NCBI GenBank assembly: GCA_029258835.1 | Contig: JAPDJY010000019.1 | Span: forward strand, 1 to 62,029 | Reading direction: 5' to 3' | DNA from: Thermoproteota archaeon | GTDB taxonomy: Archaea; Asgardarchaeota; Jordiarchaeia; Jordiarchaeales; Freyrarchaeaceae | DNA: 62,029 nucleotides | Part shown: one piece after another, positions 9,217 through 18,206 of the stretch | Layout of the letters: every line of letters starts with the position of its first letter | Numbering within the stretch: position 1 is the first letter of the stretch | Notes under the pieces: generated by a model | What the model saw: only the letters and a program-made list of their open reading frames with translations | Told to the model about the DNA's origin: nothing | Database searches by the model: none | Position numbers and translations under genes: made by a program

Positions 9217-9540
9217 ATGGAGGTGCGGTTACTGTTGTCTAGGAGACATGCAACCTTACTCCGCTATTACATGGGGTTTAGAGTAATAGGCTGGATCTGG
9301 ATCATCGTAATGATAGCCATCGCAGTATGCCGCTTCTTCATATGGTCCACCATGTGGAGTACCGTGTACGAGCTCCTCACAGGGAGCGGGATGATGGTGG
9401 ACGCAGCCATCATAGCCCTACTTACGTTAGGGATAGCAATCGAGTGGTACGGAAGCTTCAGGCTCTTCAGGTTAAGAAGGAAAATCCGCCCAAGAAGGGA
9501 GGCGAAGCCGGAAGAACAAGTACAGGAGAAAAGCGGGTAA
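9217..9540 (+). CDS. Small membrane protein with 2 TM helices
   Basis: Two hydrophobic helices and a basic C-terminal tail; start uncertain. Confidence 0.65.
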   Translation: MEVRLLLSRRHATLLRYYMGFRVIGWIWIIVMIAIAVCRFFIWSTMWSTVYELLTGSGMMVDAAIIALLTLGIAIEWYGSFRLFRLRRKIRPRREAKPEEQVQEKSG

Positions 9541-9608
9541 AAGGATTTAAAGGAGGAATTGAATGGTTAGGTTGGCGTGTTGGGAGGTGTGTTGGGAGGT
9601 GTTAAGGT

Positions 9609-11462
9609 TTGGATGAGCTTCCAGACTATGTCAAAAACATGCCGTGGGTTGACTACTACGCGGACGAGACGATTCCAATGGACCCACTGTTAGCTATGCG
9701 TGCCAAGGGCGTCTCACTATACGAGATGTTCAGGCGGAGCTGCGAGGACTTCTCCGAGAGAGACGCTCTAATATTCGTAACGCGCAAGATAACGTATGGG
9801 GAGCTTGGGGAGTACGTTGAAAGGTTTGCCTCAGCCCTCCACTTCCTCGGAATAGAGAAGGGCGACCGGGTAGCGCTGCTCATGCCGAACTCACCCCAGT
9901 TCGCCATAAGCTACTACGCAACCCTGGCGGTAGGCGGCGTGGTGGTCCCCCTAAGCCCCCTCCTGACGCCGAGCGAGATCGAGTTCGAACTTAACGACTC
10001 GGGTGCATCAGCTATAATCGCTATGGACGTCCTATTCGCCGAGAGAGTCCTCCCAGTACGAGACAAGGTGAACCTGAAGTTCGAGGTGGTAACCAACATA
10101 GGGGACATGCTCCAAGGCCCCATAAGGTCGCTGGGCAAGATCATAGGACGGATCCCGTCGGTCCGGGTTCCAAGCGCACCCAACAGGTACGGCTTCATGG
10201 ACCTGCTGAACATAGACGTCCTTGCCGGGGGGCCAGTTGAGCTTCCAGAGGTGGAGATAAACCCGAAGGAGGACGTGGCGGTCCTCCAGTACACCGGGGG
10301 GACGACAGGAACCCCGAAGGGTGCGATGCTAACCCACTTCAACATTGTCTCCCAGTGCAGGCAGCTGGAGGAGTGGCTGCGAAGCTCCTTCATGCGCGGA
10401 GCCAAGATGGTTACGGCAGCGATAATACCATGGTTCCACATTTACGGCCAGACCACAGGGATGAACCTGCCACTGCTCGGCGGCGCAACCATAGTAATCC
10501 TCCCCGCACCTGAAACCAAAGAAGTCCTCAACGCGATAGAAAAGTACAAGGTGAACGTTTTCCCGGGCGTACCCTTAATATTCCTTAACATGGTGGAGCA
10601 CTCGGACATCGAGAAGTACGATCTTTCCTCCCTCAGGTTCGTGTCGAGCGGCGCCTTCGCGCTCCCCTTAGAAATTGCAAAGAAGTTCGAGAGCATAACG
10701 GGCGTACCCATACTGGAAGGGTACGGGCTGACCGAGGCGTGCCCTGTAACCCACGTCAACATTCCGCCGCCGAGAGGCCTCAGAAAGCTCGGCTCGATAG
10801 GCGTACCCCTTCCCGGAACCCTCGCCGCAATAGCCGACCCGGACGAGGACAGGCTCCTACCGGCAGGCGAGGTGGGCGAACTCGTCGTGGCAGGACCACA
10901 GGTGATGAAAGGGTACTGGAACAGGCCTGAGGAGAACAGGAACGCCTTCTTCACGTTCAACGGGATAAGGTGGCTTAGGACAGGAGACATTGCCAAGATG
11001 GACGAGGACGGCTACTTCTACATTGTAGACAGAAAGAAGGACATGATAAAGTACAAGGGATACCAGGTATTCCCGAGGGAGGTGGAGGAGGTCCTCTACC
11101 AGCACCCGGGCGTCTTAGAGGCGGTTGTCGTAGGAGTCCCAGACCCTAGGGTAGGAGAGATTGTGAAGGCTTACGTGGTTCTCCGCCCAGAGTACAAGGA
11201 AAAGTACACTGAGAAAGACATAATAGAATGGTGCAAGAAGCGGCTTGCAGCCCATAAATACCCGAGAATCGTTGAGTTCAGAGACACCATACCGAAAACC
11301 TACGTTGGCAAGGCTTGGAGGAGGCTTCTAGCAGAGGAAGAGAAGAGGAAGATGGAAGGGAAGCCGGTCGAAGACATCTACAAGCAAGAGGAGGAAAGGT
11401 ATAAGGGGATCGTGGGCGAGCTCTGGAAGAAGACGCTCGACGAAGCCGCAGGAAAACTCTAA
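9609..11462 (+). CDS. fadD: Long-chain fatty acid--CoA ligase
   Basis: QYTGGTTGTPKG, EGYGLTE, WLRTGDIA, DRKKDMI and GK adenylate-forming motifs. Confidence 0.93.
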   Translation: MDELPDYVKNMPWVDYYADETIPMDPLLAMRAKGVSLYEMFRRSCEDFSERDALIFVTRKITYGELGEYVERFASALHFLGIEKGDRVALLMPNSPQFAISYYATLAVGGVVVPLSPLLTPSEIEFELNDSGASAIIAMDVLFAERVLPVRDKVNLKFEVVTNIGDMLQGPIRSLGKIIGRIPSVRVPSAPNRYGFMDLLNIDVLAGGPVELPEVEINPKEDVAVLQYTGGTTGTPKGAMLTHFNIVSQCRQLEEWLRSSFMRGAKMVTAAIIPWFHIYGQTTGMNLPLLGGATIVILPAPETKEVLNAIEKYKVNVFPGVPLIFLNMVEHSDIEKYDLSSLRFVSSGAFALPLEIAKKFESITGVPILEGYGLTEACPVTHVNIPPPRGLRKLGSIGVPLPGTLAAIADPDEDRLLPAGEVGELVVAGPQVMKGYWNRPEENRNAFFTFNGIRWLRTGDIAKMDEDGYFYIVDRKKDMIKYKGYQVFPREVEEVLYQHPGVLEAVVVGVPDPRVGEIVKAYVVLRPEYKEKYTEKDIIEWCKKRLAAHKYPRIVEFRDTIPKTYVGKAWRRLLAEEEKRKMEGKPVEDIYKQEEERYKGIVGELWKKTLDEAAGKL

Positions 11463-11610
11463 GGAAAACTCTAACGGAAAATAAACCCACCTTTTTTATA
11501 CCACTTTTTAACGTCATCCGCCTTAAAACCCTAACCTGTTATTACTTAAGGTTTTTTTCACACCGTTACCCGTCACAATATAAAAGGATGGTAATGACGT
11601 ATTTAGTAGG

Positions 11611-12322
11611 GTGATCGCTATGTCTATCTATTTTTTGGTCTGCATTGCAGGCATGATAGTGACGATCCCATTCCACTTCCTATCGCTTGAACACGTGAAG
11701 CTCCAAGAGAAATACGGGAGGGAAAGGGGGATCAGGATCGGGGAAACCATAGGGATGGTTCAGGGATGGCTGTTCTACATCTTCTGGATGGGCATCTGGC
11801 TCTCGCCTCAACCCCGCTTCATGCTTCCAAGGCCAAACCTGTCAGTCACGATCCCCATCATCAATTTCACCATCCCGATTCTCCACGTGGCGGCATCATC
11901 CCCTTCGTAGCCTTCGGCGCATGGCTTGGAATCAAGGGGTGCAGGTCGTAACTTTAAAAGTAGCTGAAAGGCACAGGACGGAGAGAATAGTTACAGACGG
12001 CGTCTACTCGATAGTAAGGCACCCCCAATATCTCGGAGGCCTCCTATCCCACATAGGAATATCCATCCTCCTGTCCGCATGGTACTCCATCCTCTCCACC
12101 CCCCTAATAATCGCAATAACCTACCTATACTCGTGGAAGGAGGAAAAGGAGCTGATCAGGGAATTCGGAGAAGAGTACGAGGAGTACAGGAGGAAGGTTC
12201 CGATGTTCATACCGAGACCAAGAAGAAAACCCGGCAGGGTTGAAGGAGGGCGTCAAGGCAGCCTAGGGGAGGAAGAGAAGCGGATCAAACAGGAAGCGAA
12301 GGCGCTAGGAAGCAGCAGATGA
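11611..12322 (+). pseudogene. Isoprenylcysteine carboxyl methyltransferase (ICMT/PEMT) family membrane protein with two frameshifts (about 11895 and 11940)
   Basis: IVTDGVYSIVRHPQYLG and EEKELIREFGEEYEEYRRKVPMFIP motifs; coding sequence split over three frames. Confidence 0.85.
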
Positions 12323-12362
12323 ATGCTTAAAGCCACAGACAACAACCAGCTAGGCTTGAGGT

Positions 12363-12379
12363 TAAAAGTAATTTTATAA
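12363..12379 (+). promoter_or_regulatory. BRE/TATA promoter of tRNA-Sec
   Basis: Purine-rich TAAAAG followed by TTTTATAA (12372-12379), about 28 nt before the tRNA 5' end. Confidence 0.7.
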
Positions 12380-12406
12380 GCTCCCTCTAAAATGTTAAAG
12401 TCGAGT

Positions 12407-12558
12407 GGCGGGCTGCAGCGGGGGTGGAAGCCGTAGCTGCCCAGTCCCCTGCCTCGGACTTCAAACACTCCCTGACTGAAGGGGGGAAATCCGAGGAACC
12501 CGGTAAGGGTTCGGGGTTCGATACCCCTCATGGGCGGAAATCCCCCAGCCCGCCGCCA
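12407..12558 (+). tRNA. selC: tRNA-Sec (UCA) with three introns: 12428-12444, 12465-12488 and 12523-12540
   Basis: Spliced 93-nt product GGCGGGCUG CA GCGGGGG UGGU CCCCUGC CUCGGA CU UCA AA UCCGAG GAACCC GGUAA GGGUUC GGGG UUCGAUU CCCC CAGCCCGCC G CCA. It has a 9-bp acceptor, 4-bp T stem, 7-bp D stem, 6-bp anticodon stem, long variable arm, G73 and encoded CCA. Confidence 0.93.
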
Positions 12559-12721
12559 AACCATAAAACGGGAATCCGGAAGAGTCCAGCCGCTTCTTCG
12601 GATGCACGCCTCCTCCCAGCTCTTAACCTCAGCCTTCATCGACGCCGGCTTAAAGCCCTAAGCCGCCTCTGACCCTTGCACCGACATCCTTATCTTCTTT
12701 CTCTCAGACTTTTGATGGGGG

Positions 12722-13702
12722 TTGCATTTGGACGTCGAGTCCCTAGCTTCAGCTGTCAGGAGTTTTAAGGGCGTTAACCGTAAAAGGGAGATTCACAGGG
12801 TTACCTCTCTTCTAAAGGAAACCCTCGACCTGTCCGGCGTTGCCGTGCGCTCCTTCGGGGAGGACGCAGCAGTCCTGGACGTCGGATGGGAAAACTACCT
12901 CTTAGTGGCTGTTGACAGCATGTGGCACCTTCTCCTAGACTCTGACCCATTCTTCGCAGGCTACTGCTCGGTCCTCGTCAACGTCAACGACGTGGTTGCT
13001 AAAGGCGGAACTCCTATAGCTCTCTTAGACTCTTTAAGCGTTGCAAACTGGGATGACGCTTCCAAGGTCATTGAAGGAATGGTTTTCGGGTGCAAAAAGT
13101 TTTCTGTTCCTGTCGTCGGCGGACACCTTCACCCAGACGCTCCCGTAGCGTCGCTTTCCGTGATGGTCATAGGGACGGTTAAGAAGGAGAACATCGTGTT
13201 TAGTGACACAGCCTCCCCGGGAGATAGGATCCTGCTAGCCGTAGACTTAGATGGCCGCTTCCATGAATGGTTTCCCTATGCGTGGGATTCAACCTCGTGG
13301 AAGTCCCCTGAAGAAGTTAAGCTCAAGCTTAGCTCTATGTGGAGTGTTGCTGAAGCCGGGCTTGCAACCGCGGCGAAGGACGTGAGCAACCCAGGCATCC
13401 TCGGCACGCTTGGCATGCTCTTGGAGGCTAGCGGGGTTGGAGGAGTGGTGAACGTTGACCACATACCTAAACCATCTGACGTAAGCATGGAGAGGTGGCT
13501 TTGCTCGTACCCTGGATTTGGGGTGGTCTTAACGGCTGAGGAGGATAAGGCGGAGAGGTGCGTTGAGCTATTTGAGAGTAGGGGGGTGGCAGCATCGGTG
13601 ATAGGTGAAGTGACTTCTTCCGGGAAGCTTGTCATAGTTGATGGGGAAAGTGAGGTTGAGGTCTTCAACTTTAAATATGATAAGATTTCAGGTAAACCGT
13701 GA
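12722..13702 (+). CDS. AIR synthase/PurM-fold protein, methanogenesis marker 2-like
   Basis: SFGEDAAV, AGYCSVLVNVND, VGGHLHPD and AAKDVSNPGILGTLGMLLEAS motifs. Confidence 0.85.
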   Translation: MHLDVESLASAVRSFKGVNRKREIHRVTSLLKETLDLSGVAVRSFGEDAAVLDVGWENYLLVAVDSMWHLLLDSDPFFAGYCSVLVNVNDVVAKGGTPIALLDSLSVANWDDASKVIEGMVFGCKKFSVPVVGGHLHPDAPVASLSVMVIGTVKKENIVFSDTASPGDRILLAVDLDGRFHEWFPYAWDSTSWKSPEEVKLKLSSMWSVAEAGLATAAKDVSNPGILGTLGMLLEASGVGGVVNVDHIPKPSDVSMERWLCSYPGFGVVLTAEEDKAERCVELFESRGVAASVIGEVTSSGKLVIVDGESEVEVFNFKYDKISGKP

Positions 13703-13774
13703 AGTGGCCAGGCCGGTTTTCCAGCGGAAACCTTTAAGCCCCTTTACTCTCTCTATGTCCTCTAACACTTAATC

Positions 13775-15235
13775 TTGGGGGAAGCGAACATTAGGAGGGA
13801 TGATTTAGCTAGGATAGTTGGGGATGAAAACGTCGTCGACGACCCAGCGACGCTTGAAGAGTACTCGAAGGATAACAGCTTCACGCCTCCAAGGAAACCC
13901 TTCTTTGTCGTGTATCCATCCTCACCTGAGGAGGTCAGGGAAATAGTAGTGTTAGCCTCGAGGCGGGGAATCCCCCTTATCCCCGTGAGCTCCGGCCCCC
14001 CGAGGTTTAAAGGCGACACCGTCCCATCGATGGGGGGAGTAGTGGTTGATTTAACCAGGATGAACAATGTTTTACGCGTTGACAGGCGTAACAGGATTGC
14101 AATGATCCAGCCAGGCGTAACATTTAAGCAGCTTAGAGACGAGCTTGAGAAGCATGGCTTACTCCCATTAATGCCTCTCCGCCCAAAGCTTAGAAAGTCG
14201 GCTCTGGCAAGCTACCTCGAAAGAGAGCCTATAACCACTCCAAAGTATCACTGGGAGCCCCTTGACCCCCTCCTATGCACAGAGGTAATTTTAGGCACCG
14301 GGGACGTGCTGAGAACAGGGTCAGCCGCTGGACCGGGAGAAATAGATGAGCTGATTAGCTTGGGGCATGGACTGGCGAGCCCTCTAGGCCCGGCTCAAGC
14401 AGACTTCGTCAGGTTTTTCCATGGAGCACAGGGGACAATGGGAATCGTCACATGGGCTACCGTGAGGTGCAGGGTTAAACCCTCCCTTCAGCAGCTCGTC
14501 GTCGCCAAGTCGGACTCCCTTAAGAAGCTTATCCCGCTAGCATACAGGCTTCTACGACGCAGGCTAGGAGAGGAACTCCTAATCCTTAACAACTCATACC
14601 TTTCATACCTCCTAGGCCGCCATCCGGACGAGGGAGAGGCAGCCTCGCTTCCAGCATGGGTTCTCATCACGGTTCTTGCAGGATACACCTTCTTCCCGGA
14701 AGAGCGAGTAGAGTACCAGCTCGGCGAGGTGGAAGAAGCGGCGAAATCGCTTAAACTCGAGTTGACCGACGAGCTAGACGGGGTTGACTCCTCCACGATA
14801 CTAGGTGTTCTCCAGTCCCCGTCTAAGGAACCCTACTGGAAGCTTAGGTATAAGGGCGGCTGCCAGGACGTATTCTTCCTGACAACCCTTAACATGACCC
14901 CCATGTTCTGGAGGGAATTCATGGAGTTGTCCCGGATGAAAGGGTACCCGGAAGGAGACGTCGGCGTTTACATTCAACCAATAATACAGGGATGCGCCGC
15001 ACACTTGGAGTTTACCCTCCCGTACGACCCTGAAGCTGAGGAGGAGCTAGTGAGGGTGTTCTTCCAGGATGCCAGCCGAGCCATGTTCAGGCTAGGAGCA
15101 TTCTACAGCAGGCCCTACGGGCTGTGGGCTGAGATCGCCTACGGCGGGGACGCGGAGACAACGTCCGTTCTCAGGAAACTTAAAGGGATATTCGACCCGA
15201 ACGGGATCTTCAACCCTGGAAAACTCTGCTTCTGA
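13775..15235 (+). CDS. FAD-binding oxidoreductase (VAO/PCMH, GlcD-like)
   Basis: VVYPSSPEEV, VVVDLTRMN, GAQGTMGIVT and FDPNGIFNPGKL motifs. Confidence 0.88.
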   Translation: MGEANIRRDDLARIVGDENVVDDPATLEEYSKDNSFTPPRKPFFVVYPSSPEEVREIVVLASRRGIPLIPVSSGPPRFKGDTVPSMGGVVVDLTRMNNVLRVDRRNRIAMIQPGVTFKQLRDELEKHGLLPLMPLRPKLRKSALASYLEREPITTPKYHWEPLDPLLCTEVILGTGDVLRTGSAAGPGEIDELISLGHGLASPLGPAQADFVRFFHGAQGTMGIVTWATVRCRVKPSLQQLVVAKSDSLKKLIPLAYRLLRRRLGEELLILNNSYLSYLLGRHPDEGEAASLPAWVLITVLAGYTFFPEERVEYQLGEVEEAAKSLKLELTDELDGVDSSTILGVLQSPSKEPYWKLRYKGGCQDVFFLTTLNMTPMFWREFMELSRMKGYPEGDVGVYIQPIIQGCAAHLEFTLPYDPEAEEELVRVFFQDASRAMFRLGAFYSRPYGLWAEIAYGGDAETTSVLRKLKGIFDPNGIFNPGKLCF

Positions 15236-15236
15236 G

Positions 15237-16517
15237 GTGTCCGCCATGCTGGAGGACTATGAAAGGTACATGGAAATGTGCTTCAGGTGTAGCCTTTGCA
15301 AGTGGCCTCCTCTCGCTCAGGTTAAAAGCTGGAGGTTTTCCAACATCTGCCCCAGCATTCAAAGATATAACTTTCACGCGTACTCCGGCGGGGGACGGCT
15401 GATAGTGGCGTACGCGTACCTGCAAGGGAGGATAGGCCTCACGAAGTCCCTCGTCGACCTGGTTTACAGGTGTAGCATGTGTGGGGCGTGCGACGTGTCA
15501 TGTAAGCACAACTCCGACATAGAGGTCTACGAGACGCTGCACGCCTTCAGGGTTCAACTATACGAGGAGGGGGCTGTGCTCCCTAAGCACAGGGAGATAA
15601 TAGAGAACACGTTGAGGCACGGTAACCCCTACGGGGAAGTCAAGGAGAAGAAGGCTGCCTGGGCTAAGAACCTGAAGGTTAAGGATTTGAATAAGGAAAA
15701 GGCCGACGTACTATACTTCGTAGGGTGCACGGCGGCTTTAAGACGTCCAGAGGTCGCGGTGAACACCGTTAAGATATTGAAGGCTGCCGGCGTGGACTTC
15801 GGAATACTTGGAAGCGAGGAGCCGTGCTGCGCAAGTACAGCCTACAAGATCGGCGCCAGAGACGTCTTCGAGAAGCATGCTAGGAGAAACGTTGAGCTCG
15901 TAAACAAGCTGAACGTTGAGACACTAGTCACATCGTGCGCTGGATGCTACAGGATGTTTAGGGTTGAGTATCCGACGGTCGCTGAGCTAGGGTTTGAGGT
16001 CCTCCACACATCCCAGCTACTGGAGAAGCTGATAAGAGATTCCTCTTTAAAGCTCACCGGTAAAGTGCCGTTGAAGGTGACGTACCACGATCCCTGCCAT
16101 CTCGGCCGCCTCGGTGAGCCCAGAACACCTTGGAGCGGCGTCGAAAAGAAGGTGCTAGGCCACCTTATACTAACGGATCCACCTAAGCCCGTCAGGCGCG
16201 GGGGAGGAGGCGTCTACGACCCGCCCAGAAACGTCCTCAAAAGTATTCCAGGAGTCGAACTCGTCGAGATGGAGCGGATAAGGGAGTACGCTTACTGCTG
16301 CAACGCTGGAGGAGGGGTTAAGGCGGCCTTCCCGGACTTCGCCCTCTGGGGTGCAAGGGAGCGGGTGGAGGAGGCTAAGTCGACCGGTGCACAGGCGATA
16401 GTCACGTGCTGCCCGTTCTGCGAGATAAACTTCTCAGACGCTCTCAGCGGCGACGAAACGCTCAAAGTTTACGACTTAACCAGCTTGGTTGCTAAATCGT
16501 TGGAGGTGGGTGAATGA
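15237..16517 (+). CDS. Fe-S oxidoreductase with 4Fe-4S and CCG domains (GlcF/HdrD-like)
   Basis: CFRCSLC, CSMCGACDVSC, YFVGC, EPCC, YHDPCHLGR, YCC and CCPFC motifs. Confidence 0.9.
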   Translation: MSAMLEDYERYMEMCFRCSLCKWPPLAQVKSWRFSNICPSIQRYNFHAYSGGGRLIVAYAYLQGRIGLTKSLVDLVYRCSMCGACDVSCKHNSDIEVYETLHAFRVQLYEEGAVLPKHREIIENTLRHGNPYGEVKEKKAAWAKNLKVKDLNKEKADVLYFVGCTAALRRPEVAVNTVKILKAAGVDFGILGSEEPCCASTAYKIGARDVFEKHARRNVELVNKLNVETLVTSCAGCYRMFRVEYPTVAELGFEVLHTSQLLEKLIRDSSLKLTGKVPLKVTYHDPCHLGRLGEPRTPWSGVEKKVLGHLILTDPPKPVRRGGGGVYDPPRNVLKSIPGVELVEMERIREYAYCCNAGGGVKAAFPDFALWGARERVEEAKSTGAQAIVTCCPFCEINFSDALSGDETLKVYDLTSLVAKSLEVGE

Positions 16518-18082
16518 TACCTAAGCTCGCCTACAGGATGATCGAGGAAGTTGTTGGGGAGGAAAACGTGTCCGACGACCCGGTCATACTCGACTCTTAC
16601 TCGTTCCAGTACCTTGCTGAGCTTCAGGAGGGGGGAGCCAAGTGGCTTCCAAGGCCGGCTGCCGTCGTCCTCCCGGGGAGCACCGAGGAGGTTCAGGCTG
16701 TCGTGAAGATCTGCAATCGCTTCAACATAAAGTTTAAGGCTCATAGCACAGGGTGGGGGGTGTGGAGCGGGGTTGGGAGAGAAGGCGTCATTCTGCTAGA
16801 CCTTAGAAGAATGAACAGGATAATAATGATTGACGAGGACAACATGTACGCGGTTGTTGAGCCATACGTAACGTTCGCGCAGCTTCAAGTAGAAGCCATG
16901 AAGAAGGGGCTTACATGCCACATCATAGGGGCTGGGGCCAACGCGTCCGTTCTGGCGAGCTGCACGTCCATGTGCGGCTACGGGTGGACCGGGATAAAAA
17001 TGAGTCATAGCGGTAGAAACGTGCTGGCAGTTGAATGGGTTCTCCCAACAGGGGAAATATTAAGGCTAGGGTCTCTTGGATGCGGATCCGGGTGGTTCTG
17101 CGGGGATGGACCCGGGCCAAGCCTTAGAGGGGCGATGAGAGGGTGGGCGGGCACCCTGGGCGGGCTAGGCGTTTTCACCAAGTGCGCGGTTAAGCTTTAC
17201 GAGTGGCCGGGTCCCCCTTCCCTTGAGGTTAAGGGGGCAACACCGTTCTACGAGGTTGAAGTGCCGGAAAACTTCAGAGTATACGTTCCCGTGTTCCCCG
17301 ACTGGAAGAGCTTCGCGGACGCCGCCTACATGGTTGGCGAAGCTGAAATAGGCATGGTTATGTGTAGAAACGCACCATTCCTGATCGGCATGGCTCTTTC
17401 CCCCTCGGTGAAGGACTTTTACTCACTGTGGGAGAGCGGACCCCTTAGGGATGCAAGGTTCAACTTTGTGATAGTGTTGGGTGGGTCGAAGAGGCAGGTT
17501 GAATACGAGGAAAAAGTTTTAAGGGCCATTCTCGAGAAGACCGGCGGACGCAACCACCCACTTGCAGAGGACGAGTTCACCCAAAGGCAGCTTTTCCTGG
17601 CGATGATCAAGTGCTGCTACAATGCCAGAGGCGTGTTCAAGGCGTCCGGCAGCTTCCACACGTCCCTTGGCTCGCTTGAGTCATGGGACTCCGCGGTTAG
17701 AGGAGCTAAGATCGGGGAGGAGCTGAAAAAGCGCTTCATCGAAGCTGGCGCCCTAACAGATGATGGAGGCGACAACGCGTGGGGAGGCATCTACGAGCAC
17801 GGATACTTTGGACACCTAGAAGAGCTATTCCTCTACGATCCCAGGGATCCCGCATCTAAGGATGGCGCCAGAGAGTACCTTCAGGCATGCGTAAACACGG
17901 CGATAGAGGAGCGTCTCGGCTTCGGCTTAGAAGCCCTCACAGAGGGTGCGGAGACCCATGATACGTACGGCCCCCTCATGTGCAACTACCATAAATGGAT
18001 GCGAAAGATAAAGGCAGCCTTAGACCCTAAAAACCTGTCAGACCACTCCTTCTACATATCTCCCAGTGAAGAAGACCAGTAG
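16514..18082 (+). CDS. FAD-binding oxidoreductase (VAO/PCMH family)
   Basis: PAAVVLPGSTEEVQ, LDLRRMNRI, EWVLPTGE, GGLGVFTK and KAALDPKN motifs. Confidence 0.88.
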   Translation: MIPKLAYRMIEEVVGEENVSDDPVILDSYSFQYLAELQEGGAKWLPRPAAVVLPGSTEEVQAVVKICNRFNIKFKAHSTGWGVWSGVGREGVILLDLRRMNRIIMIDEDNMYAVVEPYVTFAQLQVEAMKKGLTCHIIGAGANASVLASCTSMCGYGWTGIKMSHSGRNVLAVEWVLPTGEILRLGSLGCGSGWFCGDGPGPSLRGAMRGWAGTLGGLGVFTKCAVKLYEWPGPPSLEVKGATPFYEVEVPENFRVYVPVFPDWKSFADAAYMVGEAEIGMVMCRNAPFLIGMALSPSVKDFYSLWESGPLRDARFNFVIVLGGSKRQVEYEEKVLRAILEKTGGRNHPLAEDEFTQRQLFLAMIKCCYNARGVFKASGSFHTSLGSLESWDSAVRGAKIGEELKKRFIEAGALTDDGGDNAWGGIYEHGYFGHLEELFLYDPRDPASKDGAREYLQACVNTAIEERLGFGLEALTEGAETHDTYGPLMCNYHKWMRKIKAALDPKNLSDHSFYISPSEEDQ

Positions 18083-18206
18083 CGCCTTTAACCGCACCTT
18101 AAGATTCCTCAGCCGCCTACCTGCGAGCATCTGAACCCTTGCCTCGCTTCTGGGAAATGTTAAATTCGCCACGCTGCAGGATACAAGTTACTAACGCGGA
18201 GGCCGG

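Noticed and set aside
9577-11474. Short 12-bp tandem duplications flanking fadD (tgttgggaggtg x2; ggaaaactctaa x2)
   Set aside because: The two ends have different sequences, so they are not a target-site duplication; probably slippage.
12253-12672. ORFs 12253-12639 (-) and 12424-12672 (+)
   Set aside because: They overlap the tRNA-Sec gene and have no protein motifs.
12722-13702. Possible selD next to selC
   Set aside because: It lacks the N-terminal Cys/Sec-x-x-Lys motif and fits the methanogenesis marker 2-like family better.
13775-18082. Possible selenoproteins (UGA readthrough) among the redox genes
   Set aside because: All Cys motifs are encoded as Cys, the stops fall at normal family C-termini, and I found no convincing SECIS.
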